A DNA stretch of 32,000 nt from an archaeon (GTDB lineage Archaea; Iainarchaeota; Iainarchaeia; Iainarchaeales; CSSED10-239). The translations under genes were made by a program, and so were the position numbers. The notes under the pieces are model-generated. The model was not told the origin of the DNA. It was given only the letters and a program-made list of their open reading frames with translations, and did no database searches. Below are positions 9,001-18,400 of this stretch, piece after piece (the stretch's first letter is position 1; each line of letters opens with the position of its first letter). The stretch is from contig JBBABY010000004.1 of assembly GCA_041657425.1 (NCBI GenBank), positions 60,001 through 92,000 of the forward strand, read 5' to 3'.

Positions 9001-12000
9001 AAAATTGAGGATTTATTCCATTTGGTGCAGATAGATTTGTTGCATAATAACTTTGTGGTGGGGTTCCGCTATTTTGGTATTGATTACTATTTAACAAACT
9101 AGTATAAGTTTGTGTGTTTGATACACTACCATACCCTAACATCCCATATGCTTGGCAATATGGAACAACTATTGGAGTGCTTGGTGTATCAATACAACTT
9201 GAATAATTATTTAAGATAACCTTTGGTTTATGCTGTGATTCAATGATATCTATTCCATTTACATTTGGTCTATTTGAAGATAATTTAATTATTGGTGCTG
9301 ATACTCCACTTTTTGCTTTACTATTTACTTTAAATATTAATTTTACATCTGCGGTCTTTCCTGCAACAATTTTATTTAATACTTCTATCTTTTCATCAAG
9401 TTCTAATTTCTTTTCAGAACCCGAAACTACAACATAAAAGTCACCTAACTTCTTTGTGTTTTTATAATCTGTACTAATAAATATTCTTCCTAAATCAGTT
9501 GGAACTTCATCAACTGTACAAGTGTTCTTTAATTTTATTGAGTATTCTAAATCATTTGTTGATTCAACTCTTAATGTGGTTTCTTCTGGATCAATGGTCA
9601 AACAATCTGTACTGTCTACACCATTACCAAATGTTATTCTTATTGTTAGCGGAATTTCTACTACCCAAGTTTTACCAAGAGTTGGCTCATTAACACTTAA
9701 TAATAAACTTCCTTTGATTACTTTTTGTGTCATTAGGTCAATACCGTTTTCTGTTAACTTAGTTGAAATCTCTAAACCAACTTGAGAATTTGGTTCTAAA
9801 GTTACGCCTTGAGAATTACTTGTAATCTTTATATATTCTGATTCTATATTTGATTTTACATTTGTAATTGTTAATGGTAACACTGTATTATTCATTAAAA
9901 TAATATTTGATTTATCTGAATAAGCTTTTGATATATCTAATTGTATCTCTAACTTTTCAGGAATTGTAGAAATTAAATTTTCTGTAACTAAAAGTTTAGT
10001 TGTGCTTGTTCTATACCCTTGTTTTCTTACTGTTATTTCAACTGTATCATTTACATTTGTGGAAGGAAGAGTGAAAACATATGCTCCTTCTTTATTGGTT
10101 TTTCCATCAATTATAGGTTTTGTATTTATTCTTACAAATACACTTGCATCAACTAAATTTAAATTGGTGTCACCAGTTACTCCAACAACCATTACGTTTG
10201 GAATATATGGCACAATTGTTTTTGGTAAAATATCAACAGTCAATTGTTTTGAAGGTTTTAAATCAAATAATATCTTCTTTGCAAATATTGTGTCTCCATT
10301 TGAAAGAATAGTTATTGTTAATTCATCACTAATATCATTTACTACACTTAAATCAACTTCTCCATTAACTGTTCCGTTTGCTAAAATATTTCCTAAAGGA
10401 ATGTTTGAGAAATCAGTATCAGTTATTGGATAATCTCCACCTGAAGTTATTGTATAACTATTTAATTTAATTGTTTGACCTGCAGTTGTTATTATCATTA
10501 CTGCATCTGTTGCTGGTTTTTGTAAATTTAATCTAAAGTTAAATTTATAATCTGTTCCGTCTTTTGCTGTAAACTTATCAATTACTCTTTTTTCTAAACC
10601 AGTTGTTTTTTCTTTAAATGAAAATGAATAGCAAACTCCATTGTCACAACCTGTTGAATCTCCAACAGAGATTGCTAATTTTTTTGCATAAGCATAAAGT
10701 GCTTGCTTATTTACTGAACTTACGCTTGTTCCTAAAACATTATCTTGCGGATTTCTTAAAACTGAAGAACCTTGTTGATATTCTGCTCTAAAGAAAATTG
10801 CTTGATTTGAAGTTGCGGTGTCTGTTACAACAATATCTGCATCAATAATATATGACCCTTCTAAAGGGTTATCGATTGTTACATTAAACCACTTTGCATC
10901 TTTTCTTACAATTGAAATTAAATCTTTTGATTCTCCAAGACAAGGAGTGTAATTTATAGATCCAAGAACTTTACTTCCTGCATATCTTATTTGTTTAATA
11001 TAAACTGAATCTTCTGAAACGGAATGTGTTTTACTATCACAAATCTCTCCTTCTCCTGTTCTTATATGCGCTACTGCTTTTAAATATTTTTTATCTACAT
11101 TTAAAATAAATCTTGCAGTTGCTGATTGCCCAGGACCAACGCTAGTTAATTGATCTCCATTACTTGCAAAATATCCTATAAATTCTATATTTGCGGAACT
11201 TGAAATACTTGTTGGGATTACAATTGTTTCTTGTAACATGCTTTCTGCATCTACTGAATATTGCTTAGAAATAATTCTTGTTCCATCTTCTTTTTCTATT
11301 ACAAAATATACTGACTTGTCTGCTCTTACAGGAATCACTGCAAGACCTGTTTCATTTGTCTCTGTTGTTTTTTCGGGCATTTCTTTATTTTTAGAAGCAT
11401 CATAAACTTTTATTGTTGCTTGTACTGGTGTTCCGTCTGCTTCAATAATTGTTAAATTATAAGTACCTTGACCAATTGCAACTACTACGGAAAGATCAGT
11501 TGCTTCTCTTTCTTTAACAATAAAATTATTTGACTTGCCTGAAAATTCTCCAGTTATTGCTTCTGCAAAATAAGTGGTGTTGGGATCTAAATTTGAAATT
11601 GTGATTCTGCCATAAACGTCTGTTGTTACAATCTTAACAACACTATTATCTAAAGCATCCCAAATTTTTACTGTTGCATACTCTATTGGTTGCACATCTT
11701 TATCTACGACTCCAACATTAAGAACGCCGGTTGTTGATTGTTCCATACTTTTTAATTGTATTTCTAAAATGTTTGCAGAAATACTTATTGTTTGAGTTGA
11801 TAATAAATATCCATCTTTATCTAATGTTAAAGAATAAGAAACATTTTCTTTAATTGCAAATTGTACATACCCAGTTTCATCTGTTAATTTTGTATCTATT
11901 ATTGCTGCATTCTTTGATAACTTTGCAGTTACTCCTTCTAAATAATTTCCTGTTGTTTTGTCTTTAACTTTTATTTTTATAAAACCAACAACATCTTTCT

Positions 12001-13012
12001 TTAATTTTATTTCTTGAGAATTTAACCCATTAGTAATTTGCTTTGCAACTAATGTCCCGTTTTGATAATCTAATTCTGAGACTCCTGAATAAATACCAAT
12101 TGGATCAGAAATTATTATTTTATATTGCTTTGAAACTACCACTAATTCTGAGGTGAAAATTCCATTTTGATTTGTTTGACCATCTTGTACTTTCTTTCCG
12201 AATATATCATAAATTGTTACTGACATATTTGGAAGTGGTGGATTTGGTAAATCTTTATCTTTAACAGTTACTATTAATGTCGCGTAATTATTATTTTCAC
12301 TAAATGTTATTTCTCCTGTTGTCCCAATATCTGAAATATTTACTTCGTAATCGTTTCTTCCTGCGACATATACTTCTAAACTTCCACAGTTCTTTGGAAC
12401 ATTATTTAAAGTATATTCTCCAGATGTTACTATTACTTCTTTTTCAAAATCATTAGTTGTACAACTAAATGTAACATCTAATTCAGAAGTTAATAATGAA
12501 CCTGACTGTGTCTTGAATGAAATTGTTTTTGTGGTTGTGTTTTGTGTTCTTTCTAAATTTACTAAATATCCACCTTCTTTTTCTGGAATTATTGAAATGA
12601 ATTCTTGATTATTTGTTAACATATATACACTATCGACTAATTTCAAATCATAGATTTTTGTTTTATCTAGGCCTTCTAAATAAACATATCCATCTTTGTC
12701 GGTTAACAAATTACGTGGTTGATCATCTAGTGTTGCTTTAAGAGCAATTTCAGAAAGTGAATTTGAAGTATCATCTACAAATCTTATTGTAGTTCCATTT
12801 GGTTGATCTTTAATTACAAATGAGGTTAATAATAAGAAAATTATTAATGCAAAAAGTGCAAGAATTATTACTGAAAATATAGGAAATGTTGGAATTCCAT
12901 TTTTTTCTAAAGGATCAACTAACTTATATAAGTTAATTCCTTTTTCTTCAAGATTATCAAGCATCTCGAAATACTTGTCTTCTAGATTATAATAGAATTC
13001 TTTTAAACCCAT
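6059..13012 (-). CDS. Giant N-terminally anchored surface protein, paralog B (2317 aa)
   Basis: Uninterrupted 6954-nt ORF, ATG start. N-terminus MGLKEFYYNLEDKYF...KNGIPTF plus a hydrophobic helix (about aa 43-66). CarboxypepD_reg/PEGA-like repeats, e.g. IKIKVKDKTTGNYLEGVTAKLSK...TDETGYVQF...YSLTLDKDGY. Same domain order as paralogs A and C. Q/N/Y-rich insert, P/T linker, and a C-terminal T/G/S-rich beta-type module. Confidence 0.9.
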   Translation of the reverse strand: MGLKEFYYNLEDKYFEMLDNLEEKGINLYKLVDPLEKNGIPTFPIFSVIILALFALIIFLLLTSFVIKDQPNGTTIRFVDDTSNSLSEIALKATLDDQPRNLLTDKDGYVYLEGLDKTKIYDLKLVDSVYMLTNNQEFISIIPEKEGGYLVNLERTQNTTTKTISFKTQSGSLLTSELDVTFSCTTNDFEKEVIVTSGEYTLNNVPKNCGSLEVYVAGRNDYEVNISDIGTTGEITFSENNNYATLIVTVKDKDLPNPPLPNMSVTIYDIFGKKVQDGQTNQNGIFTSELVVVSKQYKIIISDPIGIYSGVSELDYQNGTLVAKQITNGLNSQEIKLKKDVVGFIKIKVKDKTTGNYLEGVTAKLSKNAAIIDTKLTDETGYVQFAIKENVSYSLTLDKDGYLLSTQTISISANILEIQLKSMEQSTTGVLNVGVVDKDVQPIEYATVKIWDALDNSVVKIVTTDVYGRITISNLDPNTTYFAEAITGEFSGKSNNFIVKEREATDLSVVVAIGQGTYNLTIIEADGTPVQATIKVYDASKNKEMPEKTTETNETGLAVIPVRADKSVYFVIEKEDGTRIISKQYSVDAESMLQETIVIPTSISSSANIEFIGYFASNGDQLTSVGPGQSATARFILNVDKKYLKAVAHIRTGEGEICDSKTHSVSEDSVYIKQIRYAGSKVLGSINYTPCLGESKDLISIVRKDAKWFNVTIDNPLEGSYIIDADIVVTDTATSNQAIFFRAEYQQGSSVLRNPQDNVLGTSVSSVNKQALYAYAKKLAISVGDSTGCDNGVCYSFSFKEKTTGLEKRVIDKFTAKDGTDYKFNFRLNLQKPATDAVMIITTAGQTIKLNSYTITSGGDYPITDTDFSNIPLGNILANGTVNGEVDLSVVNDISDELTITILSNGDTIFAKKILFDLKPSKQLTVDILPKTIVPYIPNVMVVGVTGDTNLNLVDASVFVRINTKPIIDGKTNKEGAYVFTLPSTNVNDTVEITVRKQGYRTSTTKLLVTENLISTIPEKLEIQLDISKAYSDKSNIILMNNTVLPLTITNVKSNIESEYIKITSNSQGVTLEPNSQVGLEISTKLTENGIDLMTQKVIKGSLLLSVNEPTLGKTWVVEIPLTIRITFGNGVDSTDCLTIDPEETTLRVESTNDLEYSIKLKNTCTVDEVPTDLGRIFISTDYKNTKKLGDFYVVVSGSEKKLELDEKIEVLNKIVAGKTADVKLIFKVNSKAKSGVSAPIIKLSSNRPNVNGIDIIESQHKPKVILNNYSSCIDTPSTPIVVPYCQAYGMLGYGSVSNTQTYTSLLNSNQYQNSGTPPQSYYATNLSAPNGINPQFYNQFPYNDFRENMNGYPNSSFSQNGQFGCQSAQVQIKNNCYEELALQFNALAGVTITTESEMIIKKGESKLLGLQGAQVLGQYKIAMSAKPNDDTIEEYTYVKDISVIVNRPVDILPEDCITVNPTEFDFSGIDSKPQKLLVVNTCYDAGYALINLKVLNPNELKVGDIQFFSIGDVNADLKPKKTYRMIDGKTTEIMSIEVRRNPEINEKTLRTDYNRSAAKTVTNIRKDYFDLGNAINLKAMLAVGYSTPRLSASELEQEIVLKDNLQWLGYLDKLPEDTSAPTLDGKQPETPSTVPSTTPVDVTVTIENQFPEFFSNSQALGEGECYDPKGNNKLGFTGEDNFSKFGFNRLLFTYNADEINHNTCDYGRVYCDQDQLRIAMSKKADLYMADNTIQLDGTNFRKENNKVAANPYLVDENPLDRNAIEAEVAKVPFAQPADPNTYLQQLKGILETVPVELRKFTIIEITVVSNADLSTTNIANLVKTVSDNNVNTVGTIYQFTVDSFLRSENKLETRIASTTPADKKIIAEFLKQYLTTMEIYYGDTVSSFIINAKTYGKLNEGITKDIFTRDNFLVDSWKFNLSTSSSIKEINTPGTYVVTIDKLSNNSNTKTTTYSVQKIDDSKKLLDYYNNSAHADFKKNIFFTNPTNAFYYNYTGVPFKNGIGSGPARITNIISNYNDWTTVQDGYILTIPATHSSITFKDIRPIQALATSDYLIEYISNGKINTLTNPNKRDTIFAFLNLNDNTKGIAYQLKMSSKSSMKFNVTPEMPVGNGSYNYIYGISRDLTVNNLSTFSKEETSTVTNMMNGIQTNTMCFNFNNSNFTLWYNPGNTVTSNSVTNSTVADNVTSVSLTITSGTFAVDAGIAGGQTKVGVVGETITMNLQEKKLSGTVKFATGDKDATINITSGTAKITGNVVELNISGKVPAGIMTITVKTSGTLNTSASSTNIDGTYTITPGQTVQVNNTTLIINNINYQ

Positions 13013-13077
13013 TTTTGAAAACCTTTGTTCATTTATTATTGAAATTAATATATTATATATATTATATCACTAACAAT

Positions 13078-13089
13078 TGTTTATAAATA
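13078..13089 (-). promoter_or_regulatory. TGTTTATAAATA box (TATA-like), candidate promoter of giant paralog B
   Basis: Exact 12-mer containing the palindromic TTTATAAA, 66-77 nt upstream of the ATG at 13012. A one-mismatch copy lies at 13125..13136. Confidence 0.35.
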
Positions 13090-13158
13090 TTGCTTTTTCT
13101 ATATAATATACTAATTGCTCAAAATGTTTATAAATTAATACTAATTAACTGGTAGAAG

Positions 13159-14886
13159 TTACTCGTTTGGGGGGGTGCAAGGCGAACCTCCACCTGGCGC
13201 AACATAATTTTGACATTTCCAAGCATTTCCTGTAAAATCGACATTCCCTAAACTTGTTGGCCCTAAATAATTATTACCAGTTACTGATAACTCGCTCCAA
13301 ACCCCATTTGGTGGGAAATAAAAAGGCGTATATCTGTCTTCTAAAACTACATTTATTGTTACAGGAAGATTTTGATATTGCTTTCTCACTCTGTATCTTG
13401 GGTCCGTCTCTATAAATTGTAAGATGATTTTCGCGAAATCCATTTCTGAACAACTGAGATCATAGGACGCGCCTGTTGCTTCACCAGTAGCTACAATTGG
13501 TGGAGATAGATTTGTATTTGCATTATACCAAGTAAATAATCCTGGCATTTCCCAAAGCATTTTAGATCTTTGGGTTTCTGAATTTAGAAATAAACCAAGA
13601 CCTCCTGAAACTCCTGACATATCTGATAACTCTGAAAATCTAGTTTGACTAAAACTTGCAGGTGCAGGTCCCGGAGCGTCCCCAAAAACGTCTTTGGTTC
13701 GTTTTTTATCCATAATTACTTCTACTCCAAAAATATTTAAATCGGAAACTGTGTCGCCTTGCATAACTAAACCGTTATTGTAAGTCATTGGGTCTATTCT
13801 TGAAGAAATGTTTTCATTTAAAACTGCAGTGTATAGTTTTTCAAATTGCGATTTTGGATCAGAAGTATCAAATAAATTATAGTTGCCAAAAGGTGGGAAA
13901 ACTACTCCGGAAAGTGCTGCAGGAGTTGGAGTTGCAATTGTTTGATCGGGAATGTTTTGGCATTGAGAAGCAATTCCTGTAGTTGCTGGGGTTGCAAAGA
14001 AATCTGTTCTTGGTGCACAAGTGCCTGGATCACAAAAACCAAGTCTTGCTTGTTCCAGAGTATTATGAATTTCTGGATTGAATAATCCTGTGTCGCTTTC
14101 TGCAACTGCCGGGTTATCTGATCTTTCTGCATCACGACTATGAGCAATATTTCTTGCAACTCTAAATGCTTGAAAACCACGCCATGGCATGTATATCTTG
14201 TATATCTGTCTGCTTAGAACTGGTCTTTGAATAACTTGATTACTTTTATATTTTAAAACTGTGACCACTGGTAAGATTTCATAATCTACATCAGAAAGCT
14301 GCGTAGTATCAAGTGTTAAATAAAATGAACCAACGCAATTATTATCATCAGTTTCACAATCAATAACATCAATTTTCTTTCCACCGTCTTCAAACATTTT
14401 CACAACAACATTTTCAAAAGTGTTTTCGTCATCTATGTCTGTTGGATCTCCATTTGAGCCAACCTCATACCCCGTGTGTTCTTCAATTGTAATATTATAC
14501 CCTGGAGGATTTTCTGAATATTGAAGATTAAATATTAATCCTTGAGCAAAGTAAGATGCAAAGTTTTGTTCAAAGAATGTGTCTTGAACAAAACTATCTA
14601 CAAAATAATTCCAATTTTGATCCATTTGTTTTCTAGTTAAATTAAACGAAGTTTTTGATTTACTTAATTCCCATTGCGATCTTAAGACAATTAAAAATGT
14701 ATTAAAAGCATCTGCTCTTGCAATATCTCCTACAGTCATCAAGTCGGACATTGATGATTGATCTTGAATAAGAGAGAGATATGTTTCTTCTGTATTTATC
14801 ATATTAAAAATAAGAGCTAGAGATATAGATACAAGTAGCAAAGAAATTAATGCAGTAAATAAGGTAAATCCTTTTTGTGATTTCAT
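13159..14886 (-). CDS. Large pilin-like or pseudopilin-like protein with a class III (prepilin-type) signal peptide (575 aa)
   Basis: N-terminus MKSQKG/FTLFTALISLLLVSISLALIF: short basic leader, Gly at -1, then an uninterrupted hydrophobic helix. This is the prepilin peptidase substrate pattern, here without Glu at +5. The rest is hydrophilic and has 10 Cys in apparent pairs (CETDDNNC, CDPGTC, ...KCQNYVAPGGGSPC), which fits an extracellular protein. Confidence 0.65.
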   Translation of the reverse strand: MKSQKGFTLFTALISLLLVSISLALIFNMINTEETYLSLIQDQSSMSDLMTVGDIARADAFNTFLIVLRSQWELSKSKTSFNLTRKQMDQNWNYFVDSFVQDTFFEQNFASYFAQGLIFNLQYSENPPGYNITIEEHTGYEVGSNGDPTDIDDENTFENVVVKMFEDGGKKIDVIDCETDDNNCVGSFYLTLDTTQLSDVDYEILPVVTVLKYKSNQVIQRPVLSRQIYKIYMPWRGFQAFRVARNIAHSRDAERSDNPAVAESDTGLFNPEIHNTLEQARLGFCDPGTCAPRTDFFATPATTGIASQCQNIPDQTIATPTPAALSGVVFPPFGNYNLFDTSDPKSQFEKLYTAVLNENISSRIDPMTYNNGLVMQGDTVSDLNIFGVEVIMDKKRTKDVFGDAPGPAPASFSQTRFSELSDMSGVSGGLGLFLNSETQRSKMLWEMPGLFTWYNANTNLSPPIVATGEATGASYDLSCSEMDFAKIILQFIETDPRYRVRKQYQNLPVTINVVLEDRYTPFYFPPNGVWSELSVTGNNYLGPTSLGNVDFTGNAWKCQNYVAPGGGSPCTPPNE

Positions 14887-14922
14887 AATATTTATTTCTT
14901 ATTTATTATATAATAGATAATA

Positions 14923-14952
14923 AGAATAAAAGAAAAAGGTTTAAAAAAGGGT
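14923..14952 (-). terminator. Oligo-T runs directly after the paralog A stop
   Basis: The minus strand reads ACCCTTTTTTAAACCTTTTTCTTTTATTC after the TAA. An A/T-rich TATA-like stretch (TTATATAATAAA) follows, ahead of the pilin-like gene. Confidence 0.3.
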
Positions 14953-15420
14953 TTATGCAACCTTTGGAATTGCATAATCATCATAAAGAGCATAACCACT
15001 TGATGGAATTACTACTTCACAAATTCTATTTATTTTTACGTCATGAGTAAATCTACTATTTAATGGTTCAAACTCAATATTTGGACCAAATTGATGAATT
15101 ACATAATCGATTCCATCTTTTTTCCCAACATATAATATTGCATGTGATGGTTTTACACAATCTATCCCTTTTGTTATTCCAATTGTTATAATTGCTCCAG
15201 GAACTAAATTTTTCTCGAAATCAACAATACTATCTGTTTTTGCGTCCCAAACTACTTTATTATTTTTTCCAAGTTCCCATGCATCTCCATTTACATATTG
15301 TCCAATTCCAGGATAATTTTTTTCTGCAACTTGCTGTGCAAATGTAGAACAATAATCTGCAGAAATTGCAGAAACATCTTCACATGCAGATTTTGCAGGA
15401 GCTTTTGGAAATTTACAAGA
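14953..15420 (-). other. NlpC/P60-CHAP-like papain-fold domain at the C-terminus of paralog A
   Basis: ...ADYCSTFAQQVAEKNYPGIGQYVNGDAWELGKNN...NLVPGAIITIGI...KPSHAILYVGKKDGIDYVIHQFG. A Cys at a helix start (codon 15349..15351) is followed by an aromatic residue. There is an xGDAWE motif and a PGAII strand. His lies 69 aa after the Cys (15142..15144) and a second His 16 aa further on (15094..15096). Order and spacing match the Cys-His-His/polar triad of NlpC/P60 and CHAP enzymes. Called by eye only. Confidence 0.5.
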
Positions 15421-18400
15421 TTCATAACTTTGTAATTTCGGTTCTTTCTCGTTATACATATTTACTTGTATTTGTAATAAATCTGCAGAGACTTCTACTG
15501 CTGAACCTGGAGTTTCTGGATCTGTTACTGTTGAACCAGGATTTTCTGAATCTGTTTTTTCAGTTGTGTCTTCTGGAGTTTTTTGTGGAGGAGTTCCTTG
15601 TAATAATTCTTCTCTATGTTCAGAAGTTAATATTTCTTTTATTTCTTTATTATTTTCATAAACTATTTTATTATCTTCTGCAATAGATGGAATTTCATTA
15701 ACTATTTTAAAGTTAAAATTATTAGTTTTTTTATCAATCTCAACTTTATACCATGTTCCGTTTCTAAATTCAGTAATTGGCATCGAACTATCTGCTCCAT
15801 ATGCTAAACCATTATACTGCCCAGTCTCTGCAGAATATTCTAGTAATCTATTTCCTAAATAATTAGATAACACAACAACTCCAATATCTAAACCAATTTT
15901 TCCTGTGGTTCTACCGAATTTAGTCCATTTAGTTACCCCGGCAGATGCTAACCCTTTTGCAGATAATTTAACTTCATCTATGTTTTTTACAAGATCATCA
16001 GTTACATCATATAATCCTGCGGTATTTTTTGGACCCGCTTTTATATTTTCTAAACTATTTATAGTATTTTCAGCACCTTCTTTTGATTTCGTAAATGCAT
16101 CTATTTCATTATCTAATATTTTTAGTTTCTTTGTTTTATTTATCTTTGAAGAACTCCATCCACTCTTTTCTAATTTTGCTTTTGCAGCAAGTGATTTTTC
16201 TAATTGGTCTTCAGCTAATTTCTGAGTACCTTTTGCTTCTCTTAAATAATCATCAACAGTTTCTGCAGATAAAGTTTTAGGAATTGTAGTTGTGATTGTT
16301 GATGGTGGTGCAAGATTAGTTCCTAACAATTTATCTACATCATCAATTGCAGAATTTATTTTTGGTGCATCAGTTGTTATTTGTTTAGTTAATACATCAT
16401 CTAATTGATATTCAGTTGGTGACTTTAGGGTTGCACCACTTTTCATATTTGTTTTAAGTGTATCTATGTCTGTAATTGCGCTTGTTGTTTTTGTTTGTGC
16501 TGTAATTAAATCATCATAAACTTGATCTGTTCCTGCTGCTGGTGGCGTTGGATAATCTGCTTTTATCTTTGCATCTATTGTTTTTAAATGAGTATCTAGT
16601 GCTGCTTTAGAATCATCTGTTGCTTTTACCAAATCATCAAAATTTCTTTTGGGCATTATGTTTGTTGTTGATGTTCCACCTGATTTTGTAAATTGATTTA
16701 ATCTATCAGTGAATAACTTTTTATCTGGCGTAATCCAATTCCCTGGGGTATCATAACTTCCAGTAGTAATTATTCTTTCAAATTCTGTTAATTCTGCATT
16801 AGATAATGCATTAAATTTAATCATATCTAATTTCCCAGAAGTTGTTATTTTACTAAATAGGCTTCTAACTGCAGCGTCATCTGACATTCCTGTGGCTACA
16901 TTAACTCCTGGAGCAAATCTAATATCTGTTGGTGCAACATATGGTGCGCCTGTAGGTTGACTCACATAATTTTGAAGATACCTGTATTGATTATTTAATT
17001 GTCCTTCAAATAATACTTGTGTAGATGGTGTAAGCCCTTTTGTTGTGGTTGTTGTTGTTGAACTTATTCCTGTTGCATTTATTTTTGTTGTTGTTGGATA
17101 TGTTGGATTTGGATTTGGGGTAGTTTGAGTAATCGGATCTAAATCTGCACCCATAATTTTATCTGAAATTGCTATTCTGTCTGCAGCGGGTTTATTTTCT
17201 ACTATACTTGCACCTACTGGCCCTGCAACCATTGCAACATTTTTTGGAGAAAATACTTTCCCAATTAATTCTCCAACATCGCCAGTGATTTCTTTTGTAA
17301 ATCCTTTAATTATTTCCCAAATTGGAATTTTTATTTCGGTCTCTTCTAGATACATTGCTCCTGCAGGAAGACCACAACCTGGTGCACAATTCCAAGCAAT
17401 GTCTGAAATAATTTTTGCTTGGCCTAAAATTGGTAATAAATTCCAAAGAGTATCTACTCCAGCAGTTGCTAATGCACAAGGAGTTAAACATCCTGCTAAA
17501 AATGTGCCAGCTCTTTTTGCGGCTCTATCATTATTTGCTTTTATTTCTGATTTAGTTTTTTCAAAGTCACATGCCTCTGGTTTCTTGAAAATGGTTAGTT
17601 TGTCTCCAACGTTTTTATTGTATTTTTCTAAAGTGCTACAATATGCTTCTTTGTCTTCTTTATTGTACGCTTTATCCCAATCTACATATGCATAGAAATT
17701 ACTTTCAGTTTTTGCTTTGTCTTTTCCTAATACTTCCATTTCCTTTTGAGTTTGTTTTAGAAGGTCTTGAGGGGTTATTCCATAGTTTAATAATGTAATA
17801 TTTGTGTCGCTTTTTCTTATTGAATTAATTTTACCAACTGTTGAATATTTGCTTTCTGCAGTTATTACTAATTGCTTATTACTCCAGTTTGCAATTTCTG
17901 AAATGTCTCCTTGTATACAAATATTAAAGTCTGTACCTTTGTCTTTTTCTAAAATCATTGAAAAAGTATTTTCTGATTCTTTTCCTTGGTAATTAAATTT
18001 AGTTTTTACTCCAGGTAATTCTTGAGTTTTAATTTCTATTTGCTCAGTAATTGCAGAAGTTGCGGTTACTACTGTACAGGTACTTGTTGGAAGTAACTGA
18101 AGCTTATCTGTTTTTGCTTTTAGACTTAATGCCCCAAAGTCTTTATCAAAAGATAAAATTAACATATAATTCCTATCTTTAGAAATACAAATGTCTGCGG
18201 GATTACCTTCGATTATGTTTTTAATATCCTTTGCTGTTTGATTAATAAATTCGCTTGGATAATTAACGTCTTCATTTTCTGTGGGTATTCCAAACTTATT
18301 ATTTATAATTACATTTATTGTTTCTGCTTGAGGATCTTTTGGTTCTCCAGGATTCTTAAAATAAAGTTTAGCAATTGCTGTTTTATCTTCAGCAATTTCT

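Noticed and set aside
13788-14180. ORFs 13902..14180 (minus strand, 92 aa) and 13788..13982 (plus strand, 64 aa) inside the pilin-like gene.
   Set aside because: These are alternative-frame or antisense readings within a continuous 575-aa ORF. Their Gln/Leu-rich low-complexity translations have no features.
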